Positions 39,466-51,976 of a stretch of DNA of 64,000 bases are shown piece by piece. This DNA comes from Octopus bimaculoides (Eukaryota): contig NC_069007.1 in the NCBI RefSeq assembly GCF_001194135.2, positions 883,185-947,184 of the forward strand, read 5' to 3'. The notes under the pieces were generated by a model, which had not been told where the DNA came from, searched no databases, and was given only the letters and a program-made list of their open reading frames with translations. The number at the start of each line of letters is the position of its first letter. The stretch's first letter is position 1. The translations under genes were made by a program, and so were the position numbers.

Positions 39466-39789
39466 AGCGACTTTGCTTTTACTGTTATAAGACAGTAAAA
39501 GTAAACACATATAGATGAAATATAGTTATAAGAAAACTCAGATGAAACGTCACGCCAAGAACTTCTGTGAATATAAATCTGTTAAGATTAAATAGACAAA
39601 AACAAAACAAAAATCCAAAAAACGAGCTAGCTAGGAACTTACGACGGGATTGTTTGAATGGCTTGACATAAGCGTCATAATTCTGCTAACTACGGTCCTA
39701 CTATCTTTAAAAGGATAGGCTGGAATATTGGTTATTGTAGTCTCCACGCACGGGTAAAGAGTGTAATAAGAGACTGGTAGATGCGCGAA

Positions 39790-40060
39790 TGTGATAATGC
39801 ATAAGAATGAGGAATGGTTTATAACATCAGAAATGAGATGGTGCTTGGAGAGCTGTAAAATGTGGTTATTAAGGAAAATATTGAGAACAGCATGGACAAA
39901 AAGGAAAACTAAATCTATTTGATATCACATCGTACTATATTGCGATGAGAAGGAGTTATTGGAGAACCTAGTCGTGAATTATTGATGGTCAGGGAGAGAA
40001 GGTGTTTGATATTATGTCATCTCCAAGATGGATGTTGCTGGACCAAACAAAGACAGGTAT
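39790..40060 (+). mobile_element. RTE-clade LINE 3' fragment, post-RT region
   Basis: 39809-39913 translates to EEWFITSEMRWCLESCKMWLLRKILRTAWTKRKTK, matching the RTE/BovB-type motif ESWT....LEAFEMWC.RRMLRI.WT...TN. Confidence 0.8.
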
Positions 40061-40235
40061 TGAGCTTCCATAACGATTTTATAACCAAAATTCCCTCCTT
40101 TCTCCTTCTCTCACTTTCTTTCTCACCCCTCTCTTTATTTCTAAGTACACGCACACACTCTCTCCTTTTCTATAAGCACACAGATACCCTCTCTCGTGCA
40201 TACACACTCCCTCTCCTTCCCTTTAAGCACACACA

Positions 40236-40292
<57 letters not shown>

Positions 40293-40694
40293 CCACTGCC
40301 ATTATGTAGCAACCTCCAGCGAACAAAACACGAGTATCCTCTAGTGTTGTCACCTAATTACTGTTTGTATAAAAGCTAGGAAGGAAGGTCACGGACGGAC
40401 GAACACAAGAGAAAATGTCAGACACCACAGGGCTTCTTTACCAGCCAGATTTAGCCTTAATTTAATGGCAGGGATACTCTTTTAGAAATGAGATATTTTG
40501 CTGGATGTTCACAGTTTGAACTGCTTTGTAATTATGGCTAATGGATTAGGATTGATTTGGCGCTGGAACAACAACAGAAAACTCAACAATAGCAGCTGCT
40601 GCAACAACATCGACAACAACAAGAAAATTAAGAACTATAACAACAAGTGCTTCAACAACGATAACAGCCACAAAAATATGCGTTTTTTATTTAA

Positions 40695-40830
40695 TCCCGA
40701 GGTTAGATATTTGAGGCGGGCGGAGCTTAGTCGATAGCATCCATTTTGTACTTGATTGGGACTTTATATGAATCGACCAAAGAACATTGAAAAGCAAAGT
40801 TGACTACGATGGGATTTACCCACAGTGTGA
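40695..40830 (-). mobile_element. SINE family A degenerate copy
   Basis: TAGTCGAT...GGGACTTTAT..ATCGACC..GAAAAGCAAAGTTGAC resembles the reverse complement of the family A central domain. Confidence 0.5.
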
Positions 40831-41949
40831 GAGAGAATTACAAATAGGTATTTATGTGATGCAGTAAATTTTTGTCAATTCTCCTCAACAATATGAAAAG
40901 CAATCAAAAAACAAAAAAACAAAAAATGTCCACACCCTCACTAAGACTTCCAGGATCCTCACCATGACCAACACCAACGATCGAGACGTAGTCTTAGAAT
41001 TGCAAAACAAATTTGCCGCACCATTACAACCTGCAGTCATTGTCTTTCTCTTGTTAATTGTTGTTTAAACGAAATCTCACTCAAATAATAGTTTAACGAT
41101 TCAGTTGGATAAGCCTTTTGAAGAATTTAAGTCTAGGTATAAGAACAAACAAGAAGGTGGTGGTGGTGACGGTTTGATGCCTTTCAACTATGGTTCTACG
41201 CGATAAGAGGCGACGTGGGCCAAACAAGAACAACAACATCGTCAACAACAACACTGAAAACATAACGAATGACTGAACGAAACCTTCCCAAATCTGTAGA
41301 ACAAGCAACAAAACCAAACTTGCTTTCAGCAATGATTGTTCCTTCAATAATCGACTGTAATAATATAAACTCGTTCTGCTATATTTTTGTTTGTGCAGTC
41401 ATCATTGTTCTTTGTTCCCTGATAGATGTGTTAAACAACGTTCATGATTGTCTATTTGTTTTTAGTTCGCTACATCCTTTTTTTTTTTTTTTTTTCTCTA
41501 TGGTGGTCTTTTTCCCTCATTTCTTCCCACTGATTTCTGGTTTTATCGTTTCTAAACTAAAGAACAACGAAAATATATTTTGTTTTTCTCTCTCTCTTTC
41601 ACCATCTCTCAGTGTTTGGTAAACTAGACTGGAAGTAATACGACGTTGGCCCAACTAATCTAACATCTCATTCCATTCTGTGATACGTTTTTCCTTTTTT
41701 TTTCCCTCTCATATTGATTCCCGTTCTTGCACCATTGTTAACCCCCATCCCACACATGACCCTCACCACATACAAAAAAGACAAAAAGAATTGTTGACAT
41801 TGACTTTTTATTTATTATATTTTATAATTTTTATCTCTATTTTTATGTATATTTTTATATATAATATTACTGTTCATTTTGCTTGTATATATAGCGAATA
41901 AGAATGGCTGCATATGTGTATATGTATGTATGTGTGTGTTTGTGTATGA

Positions 41950-41950
41950 C

Positions 41951-41998
<48 letters not shown>

Positions 41999-42352
41999 TA
42001 TATACATATATTTACACTTAAATGTATATATATAAACATATATATATACATATATGTGTCTATATATATATACATATATATACCTATATATCCCTATATA
42101 TACATAAATATTTATATATATATATACATATATATATACCTATATATCCCTATATATACATATATATCTATATATATACATATACATGCCTATATATATA
42201 TATACATATACATGCCTATATATATATATATATACATAGCTATATATATATATACATACCTATATATATATATACATATACATACCTATATATATATATA
42301 TATATACATATACATACCTATATATATATATATATATATATACATATACAAA

Positions 42353-42400
<48 letters not shown>
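41950..42400 (+). repeat. Degenerate (TA)n tract with a recurring ATACATATACATACCT subunit
   Basis: Seen directly. Confidence 0.9.
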
Positions 42401-42401
<1 letters not shown>

Positions 42402-43021
42402 GTCTGTATATATGTACTAGTTATGTATATTATTTCTTCATATGAATATATAAACTTATGCATTTACATTTTGTATATAACTGTATATCTATGAATATAC
42501 ATTTCTTTATATGAATGTATATACATGCGTACCTACATACATATATGTATATATAAACTACATACATATAAACATATCTATACACACACATACATATATA
42601 GATACCTACATTATATATATATATATATATACATATATAAACTTCTAAACATATGTTCGAAAGCATGCACGTAGATATAGATGTATATTCGCTTACATTT
42701 GTGCGTATTATATTTATGAGTGTAGCACAGTATTCCTCACTGTTTTCACTAACCGTTCACATATTGATGTATGGCCGTGCAAATGTGTGTCAGTATGCGT
42801 GATTGGGTGTTATTTATTTATTATTATTTTTTGACCAATACACATATATCTAACTAATGTTTTGGTTAGAGCAGTAAACATTGCAACAATTTGTTCACTT
42901 TCCAACGTCTGAGCCATTTTTCTATTTCGTTCTCTATTTAACTACCATTACATTACATCACTCAATTAGAGAAATGTGCGTTTCTATATACATACATATG
43001 TCTATACACACATATTGGTTC

Positions 43022-43054
<33 letters not shown>

Positions 43055-43620
43055 TATAAATATACATGAATGTATAAGTATAAATAGATATATATGAATA
43101 TAAACATACAAACATGTATATAGGTATATACTCACGTACACACAATTGCATTCGTTTGGCTCTATATTAAGGCAGCATGAAAGTGAGAGAGACAAACTGT
43201 GAAAGATAGAGGCGTGTATATAGAGTGGGAACATGAACAAAAAGTATTATTAGATTAGGGAATAATATGTATAGAATTGCACATGTGTCTAACGACACAT
43301 GCACTCACTCATGCACACACAAACGCACGAAATTATATATATATATATACACACAAGCAGGAACTGAAAACAGAGTTTCGTTTATTTGGATTGTGACTCA
43401 TGAGGGGAGAGTTTCGTGCATGGCGCTTATCAAAGCGTCTGACGATCAAAATCTACTCAGACACACGGATGTGTGCGCATAAAAAGTGCTTGGGAGAAAA
43501 AGACAGTAAAAGAAAAGCGTTATCGTGAAGACAGAGGTGTTCGTGTCTATATATATATATCTATGTATTGCCTACATTAATTATATATATATATATATGG
43601 GTAAAAATAATTAATGATTA

Positions 43621-43745
43621 GCGCGTCGATTAGTGCTCCTTCGGTGGCGCTGCGGCGCCGAAGCCGTCGTCGGTGTCTCCTCCCGCGGCCCGGGTTGCCG
43701 TTGCTCTCCTTCGCATCCGGCTGCCGCCCGGCGCGGTTGTCCAGC
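43621..43745. promoter_or_regulatory. Short GC/CpG-rich island, candidate promoter or enhancer
   Basis: About 125 bp of visibly very GC-rich, CpG-dense sequence in an AT-rich background, with TAATTA/TAATGATTA motifs at its 5' edge. Confidence 0.4.
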
Positions 43746-43897
43746 AGTTCTAATTCATTGTCTTTCGTTTGCTAGCCTATTATGTGGTGTGCTTATTCTC
43801 GGAGAATTTTTTGTGGTAATAGTATCTTTTGACGCCTATTTTCAGTGCCTGGTGAAGTGCAAGCGAAGCCCTTGTTATAATTATGTATATAATTATA

Positions 43898-43956
<59 letters not shown>

Positions 43957-44420
43957 AATACATATATGTGTGTGTGTGTGTGAGTATTAGTTTAGTCCTG
44001 TGTTATTTGTGCTTATTTATTTCTTCTCTCCCGAACTTAAAAATCTCCATCTCTGTATACACGGTATTTTATTTAATACTATACTGTACTACAAAGTATA
44101 TCTATATCTATCAGTTTTTAAGCGAACATATACAACAGACTTCTGTCTTCATATATAATTGTATATTTTATTGTATTCTGTGCCATATAACTATCTATAA
44201 GATTACAATCAACACTATGTATTAGAGAGAAGACTCTCTCTCTCTACATATATTCTATGTACATTTTTCTGCTTTACTGTACACAAACTATCTGTAGATT
44301 TTATCCCACAGGCTAATGTAGACATATGTCTCCATATATACAGTGCATATTCTATGCTAAACTCTACCATAAGATATATGTATATCTATTGATTTCATCC
44401 AATACCACTTAATAGACACA

Positions 44421-44455
<35 letters not shown>

Positions 44456-45213
44456 ATATATACACACACATACATATATATGCTCTGTATTTATTATGCT
44501 ACACTATACCAAAAGCTATAGTCATCTCCAAATTTTAACAATCACTGCGTAATAGCAACATATCTAAAAAAGAACTTTGTTGTGTGTTGCTCGATTTCAC
44601 ATCAAGCGTCTTACAAACCAAATAAAAACGAATAAAAATGAACTGTTTATGCTAAAATGTTACACAGTCTATATTAGTATCTTTTCACTTTAACCAACAC
44701 TAATAGATAGATATTTCTATACAACTGCTCTTTATTACATATAAATTATTTATCATGAACAACTAAACAATATTCAGTCAATTTTCCATTTTGGACATCG
44801 CAAGTAACCGCGTACTCTATCTGCTTCCCAGAGACTCTTCATATGAAAACTCCGCATAGAGTAATCTGTATAAGTACTGAATTCCTAATAGTTGTTTCGT
44901 CAATTAATTTATTACTTGTGAGTTAAGAATGTGATTCAATCCTTCACTGTGTGGTAGCTGGTATATTTTATTTGTTTCAACCACTGGTCAGTTGCCATGT
45001 TGGTGTACAGACTTGAACGGTTTGGTCAAATAAATCCACTCAAGTAAATATGGACACTTTTTAAATGTCTCATACTTATTCGAACACATTTAATGTATTT
45101 TATATTATTTTCCGAACACTAATTTACGTTTTATTGACATTTTGACCCTCCGTAGACAAAAGAGATGTGTTGTAAAACACGAATTCGCATCATGAATCTT
45201 GTAGATCAAACAA

Positions 45214-45245
<32 letters not shown>

Positions 45246-46011
45246 GTATGTATGAAGTATATATATGTACATATATGTAAAGATATTAGCAGACAGAAAC
45301 AACATGCCCTGATATAGTTCTAGATAACACTCAGTGTATACAAAGTTGTAGTGGTCACGGTTGGAAGATTTTTGGTCATAGAACTACTCTGAGTCTAAAC
45401 AACAACGACACGAACAACGCTGCCACCTCTATCACCACCAGCAACGACAACAGCAACAACAAAAACAGCAGCGACGGCAGCAAAAACAGAAAAGAGAACG
45501 CTAAAAAAGAACCAGAGCAGCAGATACGACGATGATAACAGTGACAGCAGCCGCAGCAGTCATAACTGCATCAACAACAATATTCATTATTAACCAAAGA
45601 TCTCATAGAAAAACTGATTGAAAATTAGATTCCAGTCTTAAACGTCAATATATCTCATTTGTCTTTTTGTTTTCGCTTCTCTATTTTTTTAATTTTTTTT
45701 AGTCTTTCTAACTTGGCTTCTATTTTGGTTTGAAATATTTCCAGTTGAGAAAAACGAGATATTGTCACCGAATAAACTAATCGACGTGTTGGCAGAGTGG
45801 TTAACGTGTCGAATGATAACTTAGCCAAATCTTGTATTATTTGGTAAAACTCACCCTGTTCCCAGTTCAAATACCGTCTCCGCATCTTCTTGATATATAC
45901 ATACACATATGTTGCTTATTTTGACTATATAGATAGAAAGATATAGATATTGTGCGAATGGTTTTGTTAAGCGGCGTCAAGTTGTACAATCATGTAAATA
46001 ATAATATAATG

Positions 46012-46292
46012 GTGGTATGTTTTTTTAAGCTTAAAGCGATCACCGTGCAAATGACAAGGAAAATAGTCCAATAATGGGGCATATAAGCCTTCGACAGAAA
46101 AAAAGTAGGCTTTCCCACCTGCATGGTAACACATTTAGTCACGTTAACAAAGGGATGTGGGTTCGTATCCTACGCGTACGGGAAAGCCTACGTTTTTTCT
46201 GTCGAGGGGTAATATACCCACATTATTAGACTATTTTCCTTAGTCATTTTCTCGGTGATCGCTATAAGATTTAAGCTTATAAAAAATACCAT
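46012..46292. mobile_element. Foldback or MITE-like element with ~105-bp inverted arms and a tRNA-like spacer
   Basis: Left arm 46012-46116 (GGTAT..TAAGCTTAAA-GCGATCACCG..AATGAC-AAGGAAAATAGTC..TCGACAGAAAAAA.GTAGGCTTTCCC) is the imperfect reverse complement of right arm 46180-46292. The flanks are TA-rich. Confidence 0.8.
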
Positions 46293-46499
46293 ATATATCG
46301 CGGTTGTCTACTTCTTATGCAGAATTTGACCATCTCCTCTATCTACACCTTAGAACCATGATGGTATCTGATGTGACTTTTTAAACGAGACAATGTTTTG
46401 AAAAGACACCCACACTGATTGCATATCTGATTTGGACCACCAAGAGCTGCAGATAAGTTTGGATCTTTGTGGATCTTAAAATCTATATCTCAGTGATTT

Positions 46500-46830
46500 G
46501 AGAAACTCGACCTGGAGAAATGGTGTTTCTCTCCAGGCTGAGTCGTTTCTTCTTTGCATTGAGAAGTCACAGTTCCGTTACTACGGATGTGGTTAGAATG
46601 CCGCAGGAAAGGATAGCAAGAAAGATACGTCAAGCCGTGACAACTGTCAGAAGACTCAGGAGGAAGACTAATAACAAGATGGTTGGATAAAATTCATAGC
46701 CTCAGTTGGTTAGGCTTGGGAATCCAGCCAAAACATGTTATGATGGTTGGTTATGGAGATGGGGCTTGGGAACTCTTCCCCCACGGTCTTTCCAAGAATT
46801 ATGGGCAGCAAAACTATATGGATGGATGGC
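46500..46830 (+). mobile_element. RTE-clade LINE 3'-terminal fragment
   Basis: From 46549 it reads LLCIEKSQFRYYG, then after a frameshift VVRMPQERIARKI..., then WLDKIHSLSWLGLGIQP. This resembles the C-terminal QLRW.GHV.RM...R motif of RTE ORFs. Confidence 0.75.
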
Positions 46831-47640
46831 GAGAAAGAAATAATAATCTCCGATTAAAAAGTAAATTTGAAATCGAATGTTGCCAAAAACAATAGAAATA
46901 AGCAAAAAGAAAAGGATTTTATAAACGGAGACCAACTGTAAAGCTTAGAAATGGAAAGTGAAGTTGTGAATAATATTTGATTTAAATATAATACAAAAAG
47001 AAAATTCAATATTTTATCGATTTGAATTTGAAACGGAAATTTTGCTAAACTTCAACCGAGTTCAATTTGTGTGTTCAGTTTTTAATCCAATGTTATTTCT
47101 GTACAGGGCAACACTGCCATGTTGCCGCCATTCTAATGTATTCAACCACCAGCACATTAACTGCCACCGTTTTTGTCTAGTTCATTTGTTGTGCATGATT
47201 GCTCGCTTGGGTGTCTTCTGCTGCTAGAATCGCAGAAATTATTGAAGCTAGGAAAAGTTGCAACAATTTTAAACTAAAAATAAATGAAAAATAAGCAAAA
47301 TCAAAAAAAAAAAAGTTTATATTATTATTATTTATGTATTTCTCTTTTGTTTTACGTTTTAACTATTTTTTAAAGCAAGATATTGCAATACATACTGAAG
47401 CGCTGCTTCTGCTGCATCTACGTATATTCCTGAGCATTTACAAACGAAAAAAAAATGAAGAATATGATAGAAACTCTGCTTAGACGTCAGGCGAAATCAT
47501 TTACTCGTAAATGCAACAGGATTAAATAAATCCTTCACAAACATACTAAATTCATACACACAAAAACATACCTACAAATATACACACATTTATGTGTGTG
47601 TATATATATATGTGTGTGTGTGTGTGTGCATGTGTTTAAC

Positions 47641-47858
47641 TATGGGGTGCGGGTTGAAACGTTCCTGGCTTCAAGGGCATCGCAAAAGGCTTGGTTAGAG
47701 ACCCAACCTTCTGAGTTCTTATACAGTGCTTAGAAAAACTGAACGGCTGCTGCATTGTGTGTATCTGAGAGGAGAATATGTTGAATAAATTCATAATTAA
47801 TTGATCCTCCTGTATTCCCTTTTATCCAAAGCTAGGAACTTTTCAACGCCCCATCGTA
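47641..47858 (+). mobile_element. Mariner (Tc1/mariner) internal-deletion derivative or MITE
   Basis: Imperfect TIRs of about 30 bp (TATGGGGTGCGGGTTGAAACGTTCCTGGCTT ... AAGCTAGGAACTTTTCAACGCCCCATCGTA) with TA at both ends. The interior translates to ...ERLLHCVYLRGEYVE*, a typical mariner transposase C-terminus. Confidence 0.85.
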
Positions 47859-48744
47859 TATATACACGTGTATGTATTGTGCGTGTACGTGTATGTTGTG
47901 TGTGCGTGTATGTTGTGTGTGAACACTTAATTGGGAAAAATTTAAAGTGGGACTACTAAATAATGAAAGTAGAGTCACAAAGTGTGTGTGTGTGTGTGTG
48001 TGTATTAAATAGTCGGGCTACAACAAGTAACGTTTGATGCCAAGAACGCGCTTAAGTATAGTAGCTGTTCCTAATCATCATTATCATCATCTACGTTATT
48101 GTTGCATACGAGCTGATCTATGTCTCACACAAAGACCTCAAGTAACAGGAAGTTGGACGTTTTACAATGGGTGTTTTTAATGATTAGCAATGATATATTG
48201 TAGAGGAATGGAAACGAAACTATCAGAACGAAAACTCTGTTGAACATGTAATATTTCAGTTTTCAAAGAGCTTTTTTAAAGGAATCAGTTATTTTCAAGT
48301 TGGCTACACTTTTCTTAGGGTGTGGACAGTTACCACGAGAACAATTTTTATATTTCTGATTCCTTGTGGTTTCCTGATATTTGGATATAGTGTTTAAGAG
48401 AGGCATTTGATATTTTCTCCAAATCTACGAAGACTGCCGCTATATTTGTCGTTCTTAGGTGCCATATTTTTAGACTTCTATTTCGACGTTTCATTTAAGC
48501 TCATTTATATTCAACTACTCAAGTGTTTTCCAATAGCGTTGCAGTCTGCTAGGATTGACGTATCTAGAGCGAGCATTCTTTTGTCAGCGTCTCTTATTTC
48601 TTATGACAGTATCTGGTCTTAGAAAATTACTATTTTAACATCTCAAAACGTGAGATATTCAGCAACAGTATTTTGTAAAGACTGTTTGCCAACATAACAT
48701 AGCAGTCCTGGTTTAGGACGAATGTTGCAGCAATCGTTATAATT

Positions 48745-49135
48745 AAGCTGGCAGAATAGTTAGCACGCGGGGGAAAATGCTTAGCGATATTTCGCCCGTC
48801 TTTAATTTTTGAGTTCAAATTCCGCTGAAGTCGAACTCACCTTTCATCCTTTAGGGATCGATAAAATAAAACTAAATGAACTTGCTTCACCCTCGAAATA
48901 TTTGGCTTTGTGCTGAATGTTTGAAACCATTATTATGAGCGGCGAGTTGGCAGTATTGTTAGCGCGCCTGACGAAATCCTTAGCGGTATTTCGTCTGTCG
49001 ATACGTTCTGAGTTCAAATTCTAGCAAGATCGGCTTTGCCTTTCAGCAACGATAAATTGATTACCAATGAAACACTGAGGTCGATATAATCGACTAACCC
49101 CTCCTCCAAATTTCAGGCCTTGTGCATATAATAGA
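48745..49135 (+). mobile_element. Two head-to-tail SINE family A copies (48745-48935 and 48939-49135)
   Basis: Both begin (GAG/AAG)(C/T)TGGCAG..GTTAGC.CG..GAAAT.CTTAGCG.TATTTCG and contain GAGTTCAAATTC. The second starts immediately after the ATTATT tail of the first. Confidence 0.85.
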
Positions 49136-49571
49136 TGTGTTTAGTATTCGTAATGTAGGCTTGAATTTATTGTCTTCTCTCGCAAATCTTTTAATAACAT
49201 CATATTAACAACAGCAAGAAGAACGAAAATTAAAAAAAGAGGTGAAAAGGATAGGAATAAACTATCTCAATGGACCAATCAGATCACGACAGCATGAAGA
49301 TTCGCCAGATTTATTTGTTAACCGTTCATTAACATATCTCTTGCCCTAACTTATTGACCGACTGATAAAAATATGCCTATAAACTCCGCATCCAATAAAA
49401 CAGTCATCGAATTATATAAGAGTATTCGGCTATTTATTGAACAATCCCAACATATTCATTGCACCGTTCATTGTGATTTTGTCTTGCTTTCTTTCTTTTT
49501 GTTTGTTTGTTTTGGTAGATGGGGGATACAAATCACAATTTTTCTATTCTTTAAAATCAAATGAAATTAAG

Positions 49572-49607
<36 letters not shown>

Positions 49608-50565
49608 NNNNNNNNNNNNNNNNNNNNNNNNNNNNNNNNNNNNNNNNNNNNNNNNNNNNNNNNNNNNNNNNNNNNNNNNNNNNNNNNNNNNNNNNNNNNN
49701 NNNNNNNNNNNNNNNNNNNNNNNNNNNNNNNNNNNNNNNNNNNNNNNNNNNNNNNNNNNNNNNNNNNNNNNNNNNNNNNNNNNNNNNNNNNNNNNNNNNN
49801 NNNNNNNNNNNNNNNNNNNNNNNNNNNNNNNNNNNNNNNNNNNNNNNNNNNNNNNNNNNNNNNNNNNNNNNNNNNNNNNNNNNNNNNNNNNNNNNNNNNN
49901 NNNNNNNNNNNNNNNNNNNNNNNNNNNNNNNNNNNNNNNNNNNNNNNNNNNNNNNNNNNNNNNNNNNNNNNNNNNNNNNNNNNNNNNNNNNNNNNNNNNN
50001 NNNNNNNNNNNNNNNNNNNNNNNNNNNNNNNNNNNNNNNNNNNNNNNNNNNNNNNNNNNNNNNNNNNNNNNNNNNNNNNNNNNNNNNNNNNNNNNNNNNN
50101 NNNNNNNNNNNNNNNNNNNNNNNNNNNNNNNNNNNNNNNNNNNNNNNNNNNNNNNNNNNNNNNNNNNNNNNNNNNNNNNNNNNNNNNNNNNNNNNNNNNN
50201 NNNNNNNNNNNNNNNNNNNNNNNNNNNNNNNNNNNNNNNNNNNNNNNNNNNNNNNNNNNNNNNNNNNNNNNNNNNNNNNNNNNNNNNNNNNNNNNNNNNN
50301 NNNNNNNNNNNNNNNNNNNNNNNNNNNNNNNNNNNNNNNNNNNNNNNNNNNNNNNNNNNNNNNNNNNNNNNNNNNNNNNNNNNNNNNNNNNNNNNNNNNN
50401 NNNNNNNNNNNNNNNNNNNNNNNNNNNNNNNNNNNNNNNNNNNNNNNNNNNNNNNNNNNNNNNNNNNNNNNNNNNNNNNNNNNNNNNNNNNNNNNNNNNN
50501 NNNNNNNNNNNNNNNNNNNNNNNNNNNNNNNNNNNNNNNNNNNNNNNNNNNNNNNNNNNNNNNNN

Positions 50566-50597
<32 letters not shown>

Positions 50598-50629
50598 GTA
50601 TATATATATATATATATAACAATACTCTT

Positions 50630-50895
50630 TTGTTTTATTCTTTACTGGTTTCAGTCATTTCACTGCGACCATGCTGGAGTACCGCCTTTAGACGAACGAA
50701 TCGACCCCAGGACATTCTTTGTAAGCTTAGTACTTATTCTATCGGTCTCTTATCGAACCGCTAGTTTATGGGGACGTAAACACACCAACATCGTTTGTTA
50801 AGCGATGGTGGGGGGGGGACACACAGACACACAAACATTTCCCTTTCACCTATGGTAGAAGACAATGCGCCGCACGGTGGGACTGAAACCGAAAC
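50630..50895 (-). mobile_element. SINE family B copy with internal deletion
   Basis: CAGTCATTT.ACTGCG.CCATGCTGGAG.ACCGCCTTTAG..AATCGACCCCAGG..GGGGACGTAAACACACC, followed by a head remnant GGTGGGACTGAAACC. Confidence 0.85.
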
Positions 50896-51565
50896 TCTAT
50901 ATACGCAAAACGAGATCTCTAACTACACAGCCTGCTATACAATCTTTCGACAGCTCTATTCTTTTCACTTGAAACCCCATCAATTTTGTAAATCAACGAA
51001 GCTTGAACCTACAAACAACAATAATCCATTTCCAAATTTGAAACTAATTCTAACGAGCTCTTTCGTCCTCTCTTTGAAAATACTCGACAATGGATCGATT
51101 CGGTCCAGTGAAAGTATTTCCAGATTTACAGTGAATAATTTTTCCTTCTCCATAAAACACACAACATTTTGCTACAGTTCTCTCAGTCTGTAAAATATTT
51201 GGTACGCTCCAGGCCATAGGAACGTTTTAAGCTTCAATTTGTCCAGAGCATTTTATGACGATTTTGTTCCTATTTCTTGCTCATCAAGAAAGGTTATAAT
51301 GAAAATTGCGCCAGGCACCTTGAACTACATTGTCTAATCTGTCATACATACTACGAGACGATGCGGTTGAAAGGAGACGTACCGGCTATTGCTAGCACTT
51401 GTAGTGACTGTGTAAATTAGCTTTCTGATGGTTCAGATACAAGAAAAATCCCCAAAATACAGCTTAGCCAAGAATATCAATGAGAGGCCTTTATCATCCG
51501 CTCTAGCGGTATAAAAATGTGTATTCGTGTAGCCCAAAACAAGCATGATTTTACACACACACATA

Positions 51566-51602
<37 letters not shown>

Positions 51603-51879
51603 NNNNNNNNNNNNNNNNNNNNNNNNNNNNNNNNNNNNNNNNNNNNNNNNNNNNNNNNNNNNNNNNNNNNNNNNNNNNNNNNNNNNNNNNNNNNNNNNNN
51701 NNNNNNNNNNNNNNNNNNNNNNNNNNNNNNNNNNNNNNNNNNNNNNNNNNNNNNNNNNNNNNNNNNNNNNNNNNNNNNNNNNNNNNNNNNNNNNNNNNNN
51801 NNNNNNNNNNNNNNNNNNNNNNNNNNNNNNNNNNNNNNNNNNNNNNNNNNNNNNNNNNNNNNNNNNNNNNNNNNNNNNN

Positions 51880-51976
<97 letters not shown>

